DNA of 64,000 bases, from NCBI GenBank assembly GCA_950097015.1, contig CATNEN010000001.1:13764001-13828000 (forward strand), given 5' to 3'. Positions 12,101-22,460 of the stretch are shown piece after piece. Position 1 is the stretch's first letter, and each line of letters begins with the position of its first letter. A model generated the notes under the pieces. That model saw only the letters and a list, made by a program, of their open reading frames with translations, searched no databases and was not told the DNA's origin. The stretch comes from Macrostomum hystrix. Taxonomy: Eukaryota; Animalia; Platyhelminthes. Both the position numbers and the translations under genes were made by a program.

Positions 12101-15100
12101 CTTCCACTGCCACTAAATAAACTCCATCCAAACTGCTAATTAGTTTGTTGTCCAAGCGACAAATTTGGTAGCAGAGCGTTCACAACTCTTCAAATAATTC
12201 ATGGTTATCACGCGCTCGATGGATGCCGGCGACACCACCTCCACTTCTGCAACCGCTACTGCTCTGGCGCATACCATGCCGCCCACTCCGACCGCTGTTG
12301 CTGCCACCGCTGGCACTAGTTCTGGAGCCCCCACTGGTCCAGTTGCTTCTTTAACGCCAACTTTAACGACCGCTACGACCTCGCCGGGACCGACTGGGTA
12401 CCCACAACAACTGTCTGCTACTCCTACTGCGCCGGTCACTGCTGCCACTCTCACCCCGACAACTCCTGGCATCGATGTCAATGCATTGATCGCCTCTATG
12501 ACCGCGATGATGCAGCAGAACCAACAGCTAATACAACAGCTCGCTGCCGCAGTCCATCCTACCGCAACAGCGGAGCCTGCTGCACCGCCCACCTCACAAG
12601 CTGGAGATCCAGCTGGGCTCATCCGCTCTACGATCCTCAAGAGCGTCCAACTCCCAACCTTTGACGGTGCGGATCCAGCTGCATTTCCGAGCTTCTGGGA
12701 CACCTTCCTCTACCGCGTCGACCGCTCCAGCCTTAACGACGTTGACAAGTTCGAGGCACTCCGAGGTCTCCTCTCCGGCTCCGCCTTAAGGAAACTGGGC
12801 GCCCTCGATGCCTGCCAACCGAACGCCTACGCCGAGGCATGTCGCGTGCTCAAAGCCAACTACGCCGACACGCAAGAACAAAAGAACGCCGCATTCCAGC
12901 GCCTTCTCGCCCTTCACTGCAGCTCCGCTTCCGACCTTGAGGAGCTCGAGGAGTTTGCAGATGCCCTTCGCCTGGCCACCGGCCAACTTCTCCGCCTTGG
13001 AGAGCTTGATTGCACACTCAACGGGTACGTCTATGCCCTCTGGAGCCGACTTCCGCCTGACTTTCAGAGCGAGATCCGCAATGTTCGCGCTTCCAACGGA
13101 CAGCCTCTCATACCCACCATGGCCGAGCTCCAGGATCATCTGGACCGCAAGCGCAAGACCCTCCGGGCTGCGTCCGCCACCGTGCCGGCTGTGCCGTACG
13201 CATCCGCAGCTCTTTTAGGCGACGCTGCTTGCAGACCGACACCTGCTCGCAGCGAACGACGGCCGACAACAGTTCCACGTGCTGAACCTGCTCATCGCAC
13301 TACTACTACACCACGGCCTACCGCAGTTTCCACTCCTATTGCCGGTCCACAACACTGGAGGTCAAGCAAGAACTGTCTCTACTGCGACGGCTCCGACCAC
13401 GTTGCCATGTCCTGCAACAAGGTTCGCAAGCCCGACGACCGCCTTAAGATCGTCAGGCAGAAGAACCTCTGCCGTAACTGCCTCCGCCGTCACCACACCA
13501 AAGACTGCCGTGACAACCGACGCTGCCGCGAGTGCGAAGCCCCGCACCACACCACGCTCCACGGGGCCACATTCGAGAGTACCATCACCGAAAATCGCTC
13601 ACCGAATCCTCGTAACAACGCCCACCTCAACGCCGCTAGAGATGCCGACTCCAAGGAGGCCAACTCCCTTGTCTCTGCCGCAGCCGATGGAGGCCTCGTT
13701 CCCACCATCATGGCCACTCTCCGCGCGAAGGCCGTCAACCCTAAAGATGGCCGCGCCATCGACTGCAACATCCTCATCGACACTGGCTGCTCCTATTCTC
13801 ACCTCGACGGCGCCGTCGCCCGCAAGCTTGGCCTCAAGGCTGCCAGGAAACTCACGATCGCCACCTCCACCTTCCACACCGAATCCAGGCGCCATGTCAC
13901 CGCGGATCTCGTGAATTTTGACCTCCAGGCTCCAGACGGCCGCCGCTGGCCAATCACCGCCCTCGCCTCCGAACAGCTGGCAGCTCCAATCTACATGCCT
14001 GCTGTCAACCTCCCAAAGGATGTCATTAACACCCTCAAGAGCGTACCCAACGGCGTCTGCAACCTACCGCCCGCTCACGACAGGGACGTTTCTCTTGATC
14101 TCATCCTCGGCGGCGACGTCAACCAACTACTCATCGGCCCCGCGGTTCCTGCTCTGGCGCTGCGCCCAACGCTCACGGCCTACCTGACACCATTCGGTGC
14201 CATCCTCAACGGCTCCCTAGGCGCAACGAACAGCCGCGTCAACGGCCTCCTAGGCTCGTCTCAGGCACTAGTCGCTAACACCTATCTCAACGACAACGGA
14301 CTCCGTCTCGAACAGCTACTCGACAGCATGTCGAATCTCGAAGCTCTGGGCATCGACAAAGACGCCGGAAAGCCCTGCATGCAAGACGACGCCTCCCGAC
14401 GCCTCCTCGCCACCGCCAGCCGCGACCCGGAGGGTCGCATCTTCGTCGACCTGCCGTTCAAGCCTGGTGCAGAGCTTCTGCCTTCCAATTTTGGCCAAGC
14501 CTTCGGTCGCGCTCAAGCCACTCACCGCCGTCTCAGTCTTCCCGAACGCGAGGCCTATTACGCAGAATTTGAGAAACGCAAAGAAGAAGGAGTCCTAGAA
14601 CTCGTTACCACCGACCAGCCAGCCGGCCCAGTCGTCCATGTCCTGCCACATTTCCCGGTCTTTAAGGAGAGCTCAAGCACAACCAAGATCCGCCCCGTCG
14701 TCGACGCCTCCGCCAAGACTTCTCTGGCTGGGACTGCGCTTAATGACCTCCTGGACACCGGACCCAACATTCTGACCTCCATGCTCCAGGTCCTTCTAGT
14801 GCACCGTTCCCACCGTTTTGCCATTTCATCTGATCTAAAGGCTGCCTTTTATCAGATCGGCGTCCACAAGCCACACCGCGACGCCCTCCGCATCATCCTC
14901 CCAAAGGACATCACCAAACCGCTCCTTCAGGGCAATTACGAGGTCTGGCGCTTTACTCGAATTGTCATGGGGGCATCTCCCAGCCCCTGGATACTTTTAG
15001 CAGTCCTCCACAAGATCTGCCACGATGCTCTAAGCTCCAGAGACTCCGGCCTTTACCGCACTGAGCTCGAGCGCGTCATAGGCGGTCTCTACGTCGACAA

Positions 15101-18100
15101 TCTCGTTGTTGGCACCGACACCGAACACGATGCGACTCGCCTCGTCCATCGCCTTCGTGGGCTCTTCCATCGCGCTTGCTTCCACCTCCGCGAGTTCGCC
15201 ACCAACATCCCCGGCTGTCTCGTTGACCTCCCCGATGAGGACCGCCTCGCCGACAACCCGGTTGGCCTCCTAGGACTCAGATGGGACACAGTTCGCGACG
15301 CCGTCTCCCTCAAGAAGCCTAACCTACCGAGCCCCGAGGAGCTGACCCGCCGTACTCTTTGCAGAGGTGTCTACACCCCTTTCGACCCGGTTGGCTACGC
15401 CACGCCGCTCATCCTCGGCGCCCGCCTCCTCTATCGCCAGAGCTTCCAAGCCTCAGACTCCTGGGATGAAGCCGTCCGTCCCGAGGTCCGTGCGGCATGG
15501 GCCAAACTTTTGCCCGACCTCCTCCGCCTCGACGAGATCACTGTCCCACGCTTCGCTCTCCAGGATGCTGACCAACCGGTCCGCCTCGTTGTCTTCTCTG
15601 ACGGTGCCCCAGGCGCCTACGGGTTCACCATCTATATCTGGCAGTGCCTCGGCTCTAACATCACCTGCCGCCTCGTCTTTGCCAAGACCCGCCTTGCCCC
15701 TACAGCTAGGAAAGGCCTGCTCGTCACCGTCCCACGCCTCGAGCTCTGGTCCGCCCTCATCGCCACCCGCGCCGCATCTTTCATTCTCGATGCTCTGCGA
15801 AACCACCTTAAGTTCGAAGGGGTCACTCATTTTATCGACAGCCAGATCGTGCTCTACTGGCTTGCCAACGGGAAAAAGCTCCGTGCCTACGAGTCGCGTC
15901 GCGTTCAGCAGATCCTCGACTCCGACGTGACCCGTGACTACCGCTACGTGCCCACGGCCGCGAACCCTGCCGACCACTGCACAAAGCCGCTCAGCTTTGC
16001 TCAACTGCAACAGTCCAACTACTACGAGGGACCTGCCTTCCTCAAGGAGCCATTCACCGAGTGGCCTTCCTGGACCGCTGCAATGCCTGATCCTCGTCTT
16101 CTGGACGGCGTTCCGACCAGTAAGACGGCTACAGCATCCGTCGCCACTCTACTCGCTGCGGGATCCACCACCCACACGACGCCTGGCCACCTGAGCCTCA
16201 GACGCTCCGACCGGCTAGAACGCATTCTAGGTGTCACCTGCTACTTCCTCCGTCTGAAGGCCTTCATGCTGCGCCGGCCATTCTCGAAGGACTTCCCGCC
16301 TTCCCATGCTGAGCGTCAGGCGGCCTTGCTTCTTTGGATTCGATCAGCCCAGACTGAGTGCTACGGTGCTGTCATCCGAGCCCTCGAGTCCGGCCGACCT
16401 AAATCCGAGAAGATCATTGCCCAGCTGGACCTTCATCTCTGTGACGGCCTCATCCGCTTGGGTAGTCGCTTTGCCAACGCTTCCATGGACGAAGACTCCA
16501 AGTACCCGCTCCTGCTGCCACCTGGCCACTGCCTGACCCGGCTGCTTGCCCTGCTCCTCCACCGTCAAAGCAGCCACGCTGGTGCCTCAACCGTCCTCGC
16601 AATGCTTCGCGACAAATACTGGGTGCCGAAAGGCCTACTGACAGTCCGTGAAGCACTCTCAAGCTGCATCCAGTGCCGCCTCGCCAAAGGCTCAACCCGA
16701 GCACCACCAGGACATGGCCAGCTACCCAAGGAGCGACTCGATGCTGAAGCTGGTCCCTTCGCCTCCGTGCTCGTCGACCAGCTCGGGCCCGTCTTCACCT
16801 ACGACCGCAAGCTTCGACTCTCCACCAAGCGCTGGGCCCTGCTCGTCACCTGCTGCACGACAAGAGCTCTTCACATCGAGACCCTCTACGACTACTCCGC
16901 CGATGCTGTACTCCATGCCTTCGAGCGCTTCTGGTGCCGCCGCGGTCTCACCAAATGTGCTGTCTACCTCGACCAGGCCACCGCCTTCCAAGCCGCCGGC
17001 AAGTACGTGGAGAGCCACATCGCCACCGCCTTCCAGAAAAAGCTTCATGCCGACCTTCAGCCGCTGGCTGCAGCGCGACCCCTCGTGTTTAAGTTCGCGC
17101 CAGTCCGAGCTCCCTGGCACCAAGGGGCAGTCGAGCGGCTCGTCGCCCTCACCAAGTCCAGCCTTCGTCCTGCCCTCTGGCGCAAGCGTATATCCGATGA
17201 AGAGCTGCACACTCTCCTCGTCAAGATCGAGGCCATACTAAACTGCCGGCCACTGACAACCGTCTCCAACGACCCGGCAGATCCATCACCGCTGACTCCG
17301 GCTCATCTCCTCGGGGTTGGCCCTCACCTGCTCCTTCCAGTCAACGACGACACCTTTCTACCAGCCGGCACCTCCGCGGCGGACCATCTTCGAGCTCTTC
17401 ATCGCCGCCGCGACGCCATCCTCAACGCGTTCTGGGACCGGTGGAACCGAGAGTACCTCAATCACCTCCGTTCTGTCCATCTTCAAGAGCGGCGCCGCCA
17501 CCGCCAGAACGCCAGTGAGTTCCACCTCGACCAGGTCTGCCTCCTTGCCGAACCGACGCCCAGAGCGACATGGAAGCTGTGCCGCATCCTCCAACTGCAC
17601 CCGGATCCCGCTGGCATCATCCGGTACGTCACCATCCGCACAACTTCTGGCCACGAGGTCTGCCGATCCGTTGCCCACCTCGTCCCGCTCGAGTGCGACA
17701 CCGGCGCTTCACAGCCCATCGTTCTGGCGGCGGGTCTACCCGGCTCGTCCACAGGCTCGTCCACCAGCTCATCCGCCGGCTTATCAGCCGGTTCGTCCGC
17801 CGGCTCGTCGGCTAGCACCACCGAAGCGGCCGGCACCGCCGACGGCCTCTCTGCCAGAGATCTTCGCGCCTTTCGCCGCCAGGCGATTCGCGATGGCATC
17901 TGTGACATGTGACTAATGCTTATCAATTTTACTACTGTGACGAATAAATTGACCAATTGACTATGTTTAAAGCTTTAACCGCTCCCGAAGTTCATCCGAC
18001 CACCCGTGCTAGCCAACTACTTTTCGTCGTGAACTCAGTTTTGCCTGTTGTCCTCCGCCCTCCCCGGAAAATGTCAGAATTCATCTTCCAATGTTTTGTG

Positions 18101-21100
18101 TTATTCGTGCCCCCCCCCGAACCTGTCGGATTATAATCCTCCAATTCTTCGCCTCTTTTGGGCCTTCGTCTTCGTCTTACGTTTTCATGTACTTTTAGTC
18201 CCCTTAACACATTAGTTGCAGCTAACCTTATTTATTGTCTGTGACCTCATCCATTTGCGTTTACCACTTTTATATCTATGTACAAGACCACCTCTCCGTT
18301 ACAGGTTCTCTTAGCGTGTAAGCGTGCCCTCAAGCGTGTCCATGTTCCTTTCTATCTGCCTCACCTTTTGCTTCCACTGCCACTAAATAAACTCCATCCA
18401 AACTGCTAATTAGTTTGTTGTCCAAGCGACACTGTGGAAGGATTGGGGTGGTGGGTGTCTGTGGAAGGATTGGGGTGGTGGGTGTCTGTGGAAGGATTGG
18501 GGTGGTTGGTGTCTGTGGAAGGATTGGGGTGGTGGGTGTCTGTGGAAGGATTGGGGTGGTGGGTGTCTGTGGAAGGATTGGGGTGGTGGGTGTCTGTGGA
18601 AGGATTGGGGTGGTGGGTGTCTGTGGAAGGATTGGGGTGGTGGGTGTCTGTGGAAGGATTGGAGTGGTGGGTGTCTGTGGAAGGATTGGGGTGGTGGGTG
18701 TCTGTGGAAGGATTAGGGTGGTGGGTGTCTTGGTGGATTTGTGTGAAATGAAAAATCAACTGAAAAGTATTATTTCTCTAAAAATATATTTAAAATGCTT
18801 TTCATTTTAGATTTTTGAAGTCCCAAAGGAGGATGACCTGGCTGAAAATACACTGAACCGATTGACTCAGTAGGTTTTGAAAGAACCCTTGTTTACTAGT
18901 TTATAGAAAAAATCTAAGATTTCACCCCATCTCCATTCCATCCGTTAGAGTGCGTCTGCACTCATTCAACAAGCCGATGCTGCCTTTCGACTCCAACGCC
19001 AGCCGAGCCATCATCGACCGGGTGGAGTTCGTCACACGTCTGGACGCGAGTTTTCACTTTCAGTCGAGTGAAAAGTATATCGAGGTGGGCAATGCCCATA
19101 GTATTTTTTGACGATATTCATTTGACACGATACTAGTTTGACACGATACTAGTTTGACACGATACTAGTTTGACACGACTCTAATTTGGCACGATACTAG
19201 TTTGACACGATACTAGTTTGACACGATACTAATTTGACACGATACTAATTTGACACGATACTAATTTGACACGATACTAGTTTGACACGATACTAATTTG
19301 ACACGACTCTAATTTGGCACGATACTAGTTTGACACGATACTAATTTGACACGATACTAGTTTGACACGATACTAGTTTGACACGATACTAGTTTGACAC
19401 GATACTAGTTTGACACGATACTAGTTTGACACGATACTAGTTTGACACGATACTAATTTGACACGATACTAATTTGACACGATACTAGTTTGACACGATA
19501 CTAGTTTGACACGATACTAATTTGACACGATACTAATTTGACACGATACTAGTTTGACACGATACTAGTTTGACACGATACTAATTTGACACGATACTAA
19601 TTTGACACGATACTAGTTTGACACGATACTAGTTTGACACGATACTAATTTGACACGATACTAATTTGACACGATACTAATTTGACACGATACTAGTTTG
19701 ACACGATACTAATTTGACACGACTCTAATTTGGCACGATACTAGTTTGACACGATACTAGTTTGACACGATACTAATTTGACACGATACTAGTTTGACAC
19801 GATACTAGTTTGACACGATACTAGTTTGACACGATACTAGTTTGACACGATACTAGTTTGACACGATACTAGTTTGACACGATACTAATTTGACACGATA
19901 CTAGTTTGACACGATACTAGTTTGACACGATACTAATTTGACACGATACTAGTTTGACACGATACTAGTTTGACACGATACTAATTTGACACGATACTAA
20001 TTTGACACGATACTAGTTTGACACGATACTAGTTTGACACGATACTAATTTGACACGATACTAATTTGACACGATACTAATTTGACACGATACTAGTTTG
20101 ACACGATACTAATTTGACACGATACTAATTTGACACGATACTAGTTTGACACGATACTAATTTGACACGACTCTAATTTGATACGATACTAGTTTGACAC
20201 GACTCTAATTTGACACGATACTAATTTAATTACGATACTAGTTTGACACGACTCTAATTTGACACGATACTAAATTTGACACGACTCTAATTTGACACGA
20301 TACTAATTTGCTCTAACCTAAAATCACAGGTAGCAAACTACGGACACGGCATTCGGAACAATCCGCACATTGCTTCGTCCCTGCCGTCAATCTTTTACAA
20401 TAGACTTGCCGAGGCTATCATTTTTGTGAGTGATTTTGTTTTTCTTCTCTTGACTTTGCTCACTAGTTTTTATTTGTAACTTACCTTTCGATTTGAACTT
20501 TTCGCAGCCAAACGAGAATGCCGTTGGTGGTGAGATGGTGTACCCCGAAATGGGATTGAAAATTCCGACTAAACCGGTGAGATAACTGATCACAATGACT
20601 GACTTTCACATATTTCGTCCTAATATTGTCATTTGTCGTTGTATGTTTTAATTTTTAGTCGGACCTGATCGTACAGTACAGCTACCTGCCAACCTATCAC
20701 ATCGATAAGACCAGTGCCGGACCTCTAATCTGTCCTATAATGTTTGGCGACAAATGGGGTGAGTTTAATAGATCTGTGTACATCTGTTCAGTCCATGGAC
20801 TTGAGGACCGCAAATTACAGCTGGTACCCGCGGGGTGAGTGGCAGAGCAGTCTCACGCATTTGCCTCTCGCACCAAGGTCCCTGGGCTCGATTCCGCGTC
20901 GAGGCCACATTTATTTGGGGTGCAGCCGCGGAGAGATGGCTTTGGGGCTTGTCGTGCAATTTACGCCCTTGAGGGCCAACCTCCAAGGCACAGTTAGAGT
21001 GAAATGTACACTGCCTGACGACGAGAAAGTCAGGTCAGTGTGCGTGTGTGCTAGTGCACAGTCTAGTGCGCCTAATTACGAGTATAATAATGCTTTACTA

Positions 21101-22460
21101 CCGGATAAAATAAGTAAATCTGTGGGGAAAAATTCTTCAAGATATATTATTCGAAGTTCTGAAAGTCGGTTTAGCACTAATCATTGGGCTAGAAGGCCCA
21201 TTAACCGTAGAAGACCACGCTATTTCCCCCCTGGTGAAAGACTTTGGGGCTGTTTCAAATACCTCCCAAAGGTTCCGATAGCTCCCAAACCGAATGACCG
21301 ATTCTCGTGAACTAGTCCACCGTTTGCGATGAACTAATTTCTGGCTAAAAAGCATCAATAAAATCAATAAAATCAATAAAATCAATAAAATCAATAAAAT
21401 CAATAAAATCAATAACCTATTAAGAACATCAATAACCGACGAGGTAACATGATGAAATTTCGTGAGAAGAAAATTGTTGCCTATATTGGTGGTTTTTGCC
21501 ACCAGACAGCACAACGAGAATTGTTGAATATCTCGATGATGATAATGATAAAATAATAATAATTGCAGAAGGCTGCGGGCAATGGCACTAGAGGAGGCCA
21601 TTCCGCCCATTTCGCTGACTCCTGAGCACACACGCATACAGATACTGTACGCAGGCACACGCTCATACATGTGTGTACATCTGCCCTGACTTTCTCATTG
21701 TCAGGCAGTGTACACTTCACTGTGCCTTGGAGGTTGGCCCTCAAGGGCGTAAATTGCACGACAAGCCCCCAAGCCTTCTCTCTGCGGCTGCGCCCAAATG
21801 AATGTGGCCTCGCCGTGGAATCGAACATAGGGACCTTGGTGCGAGAGGCAAACGCGATAACCGCTCTGCCACCGCCCCCCCTCACCGATATCTCGATGAT
21901 GCCGATGTTTTGTAATTATGGAAGTTTTTTAATCGGATAAAGCGGTAGATTTTAGCCCGCGTTCAGGATTTTAATGGCGATGATTTTGGGAGATACAGAA
22001 AGAACATTGAAATACCCCACCTGCTCAAGTCTTTATGAACACAATTTGTACTCATGCGACCCGCATTGCAGTGGCTAGAATTCCGCTGGGTCTGCTGACC
22101 TGTTCTCAGGACCAAGAGGTGGTGATGGAGCAGTGGCTGCCGGGAACCGCAACAGCTCGACGACGTTCTGTCGAGCGCAGCTGGAAGACACTCATAAGGC
22201 CCCAGCTGCCACAGCCGATCAATGCAACCGCCACCCTGCAGGGAAATGAAACAGCCGGAGATTTGAAACCAGCCATTGTGGCCCAGGAGCGATTGGAAAA
22301 TTCTACGGACATTGAGTCCAGTCTGAAGTCCCCTGAGCAACAGCAAGAGGCGGTCATTGAAGGCGTCAAGGATGCGGACTCGAAATCTGCCAGTTCTGCC
22401 GATGCTGACGAAAAAGACGACGCTGATGAAGACGGCGATGATCAGGATGCTGAGAAGTGA
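9175..22460 (+). CDS. Divergent collagen prolyl 4-hydroxylase alpha-subunit-like protein (probable pseudoenzyme), ~704 aa, signal peptide
   Basis: 11 exons: 9175-9461, 9834-9967, 10050-10399, 10871-11206, 11580-11738, 18811-18869, 18949-19084, 20330-20425, 20508-20576, 20659-20758, 22072-22460. All GT-AG; total 2115 nt in frame. P4HA-like motifs: WHPVDAHKFI, SFYNLSAEDFAEGNF, TPR-like GKAYYQMKQFDKAIEAL, EMVSKSPLIVRYSNVF, IEVANYGHG, NRLA, GGEMVYPEMG, CPIMFGDKWV. Confidence 0.85.
9524..9790 (+). mobile_element. tRNA-derived SINE family 1 copy (internally deleted) in P4HA-like intron 1
   Basis: A-box TGGCAGAGCGG, B-box-like GAGCTCGATTCC, hairpin CTGCCTGAC..GTCAGGGCAG, 3' (ATT)n tail. Homologous to the 20830 and 21542 copies. 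Confidence 0.85.
10438..10830. repeat. 29-30-bp minisatellite in P4HA-like intron 3
   Basis: Unit GTGAGGTGGGACTGTATGTACATTCAGGGA, ~13 copies. Confidence 0.95.
11750..11853. repeat. 27-bp G-rich minisatellite, left part (split by BEL insertion)
   Basis: Unit GTGTCTGTGGAAGGATTGGGGTGGTGG; continues at 18432. Confidence 0.93.
11854..12161 (+). repeat. 5' LTR of BEL/Pao element
   Basis: TG..CA ends; AATAAA near 12116-12121; matches 18124-18431. Confidence 0.96.
12166..12177 (+). promoter_or_regulatory. Primer-binding site complementary to initiator tRNA-Met 3' end
   Basis: TGGTAGCAGAGC 4 nt after the 5' LTR; the eukaryotic tRNAiMet 3' end is ..CUCUGCUACCA. Confidence 0.8.
12201..17912 (+). CDS. 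BEL/Pao gag-pol polyprotein, 1903 aa, uninterrupted
   Basis: Gag (LPTFDG..FWDTF..DKFEALRGLL), Cys/His knuckles (CLYC..H..C; CRNC..H..C; CREC..HHTTLH), protease LIDTG, RT (SDLKAAFYQI, YVDN), Pao-type RNase H (FSDG, PRLELWSA, DSQIVL, NPADHCTK), integrase (H..H..C..C, DQLGP, DQAT, GAVERLV). Confidence 0.97.
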   Translation: MVITRSMDAGDTTSTSATATALAHTMPPTPTAVAATAGTSSGAPTGPVASLTPTLTTATTSPGPTGYPQQLSATPTAPVTAATLTPTTPGIDVNALIASMTAMMQQNQQLIQQLAAAVHPTATAEPAAPPTSQAGDPAGLIRSTILKSVQLPTFDGADPAAFPSFWDTFLYRVDRSSLNDVDKFEALRGLLSGSALRKLGALDACQPNAYAEACRVLKANYADTQEQKNAAFQRLLALHCSSASDLEELEEFADALRLATGQLLRLGELDCTLNGYVYALWSRLPPDFQSEIRNVRASNGQPLIPTMAELQDHLDRKRKTLRAASATVPAVPYASAALLGDAACRPTPARSERRPTTVPRAEPAHRTTTTPRPTAVSTPIAGPQHWRSSKNCLYCDGSDHVAMSCNKVRKPDDRLKIVRQKNLCRNCLRRHHTKDCRDNRRCRECEAPHHTTLHGATFESTITENRSPNPRNNAHLNAARDADSKEANSLVSAAADGGLVPTIMATLRAKAVNPKDGRAIDCNILIDTGCSYSHLDGAVARKLGLKAARKLTIATSTFHTESRRHVTADLVNFDLQAPDGRRWPITALASEQLAAPIYMPAVNLPKDVINTLKSVPNGVCNLPPAHDRDVSLDLILGGDVNQLLIGPAVPALALRPTLTAYLTPFGAILNGSLGATNSRVNGLLGSSQALVANTYLNDNGLRLEQLLDSMSNLEALGIDKDAGKPCMQDDASRRLLATASRDPEGRIFVDLPFKPGAELLPSNFGQAFGRAQATHRRLSLPEREAYYAEFEKRKEEGVLELVTTDQPAGPVVHVLPHFPVFKESSSTTKIRPVVDASAKTSLAGTALNDLLDTGPNILTSMLQVLLVHRSHRFAISSDLKAAFYQIGVHKPHRDALRIILPKDITKPLLQGNYEVWRFTRIVMGASPSPWILLAVLHKICHDALSSRDSGLYRTELERVIGGLYVDNLVVGTDTEHDATRLVHRLRGLFHRACFHLREFATNIPGCLVDLPDEDRLADNPVGLLGLRWDTVRDAVSLKKPNLPSPEELTRRTLCRGVYTPFDPVGYATPLILGARLLYRQSFQASDSWDEAVRPEVRAAWAKLLPDLLRLDEITVPRFALQDADQPVRLVVFSDGAPGAYGFTIYIWQCLGSNITCRLVFAKTRLAPTARKGLLVTVPRLELWSALIATRAASFILDALRNHLKFEGVTHFIDSQIVLYWLANGKKLRAYESRRVQQILDSDVTRDYRYVPTAANPADHCTKPLSFAQLQQSNYYEGPAFLKEPFTEWPSWTAAMPDPRLLDGVPTSKTATASVATLLAAGSTTHTTPGHLSLRRSDRLERILGVTCYFLRLKAFMLRRPFSKDFPPSHAERQAALLLWIRSAQTECYGAVIRALESGRPKSEKIIAQLDLHLCDGLIRLGSRFANASMDEDSKYPLLLPPGHCLTRLLALLLHRQSSHAGASTVLAMLRDKYWVPKGLLTVREALSSCIQCRLAKGSTRAPPGHGQLPKERLDAEAGPFASVLVDQLGPVFTYDRKLRLSTKRWALLVTCCTTRALHIETLYDYSADAVLHAFERFWCRRGLTKCAVYLDQATAFQAAGKYVESHIATAFQKKLHADLQPLAAARPLVFKFAPVRAPWHQGAVERLVALTKSSLRPALWRKRISDEELHTLLVKIEAILNCRPLTTVSNDPADPSPLTPAHLLGVGPHLLLPVNDDTFLPAGTSAADHLRALHRRRDAILNAFWDRWNREYLNHLRSVHLQERRRHRQNASEFHLDQVCLLAEPTPRATWKLCRILQLHPDPAGIIRYVTIRTTSGHEVCRSVAHLVPLECDTGASQPIVLAAGLPGSSTGSSTSSSAGLSAGSSAGSSASTTEAAGTADGLSARDLRAFRRQAIRDGICDM
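18124..18431 (+). repeat. 3' LTR of BEL/Pao element
   Basis: Matches the 5' LTR; followed by TSD CTGTG. Confidence 0.96.
18432..18730. repeat. 27-bp G-rich minisatellite, right part
   Basis: ~11 copies of the same unit as 11750-11853. Confidence 0.95.
19121..20310. repeat. 16-bp minisatellite in P4HA-like intron 7
   Basis: Unit TTTGACACGATACTA(G/A), ~74 copies. Confidence 0.97.
20830..21052 (+). mobile_element. tRNA-derived SINE family 1 copy, 3'-truncated
   Basis: TGGCAGAGCAG A-box, GGGCTCGATTCC B-box-like; body collinear with 21542-21887 (reverse complement). Confidence 0.85.
21354..21415. repeat. (AATCAATAA)n 9-bp tandem repeat
   Basis: About 7 consecutive units. Confidence 0.9.
21542..21887 (-). 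mobile_element. tRNA-derived SINE family 1, longest copy with TSD
   Basis: On the minus strand: TGGCAGAGCGG A-box, GTTCGATTCC B-box, hairpin-rich body, (ATT)n tail. Perfect 14-bp TSD ATATCTCGATGATG at 21528-21541 and 21888-21901. Confidence 0.92.

Larger units (their letters stand above)
11854..18431 (+). mobile_element. Full-length BEL/Pao LTR retrotransposon
   Basis: LTRs 11854-12161 and 18124-18431 (308 bp, TGTCG..CGACA, identical by eye). 5-bp TSD CTGTG (11849-11853 / 18432-18436). PBS TGGTAGCAGAGC at 12166. Single gag-pol ORF. Confidence 0.97.

Noticed and set aside
12140-17956. Overlapping and antisense ORFs inside the BEL element; env-like gene
   Set aside because: These are shadows of GC-rich coding sequence. 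Only ~210 bp separate the pol stop from the 3' LTR, leaving no room for env.
19121-20310. CRISPR array interpretation of this or any tandem array
   Set aside because: Head-to-tail units without unique spacers, no cas genes, eukaryotic context.
20744-21940. ORFs 20744-21310, 21137-21670, 21481-21885 and 21671-21940
   Set aside because: They are translations of SINE copies and a 9-bp repeat in P4HA-like intron 10.
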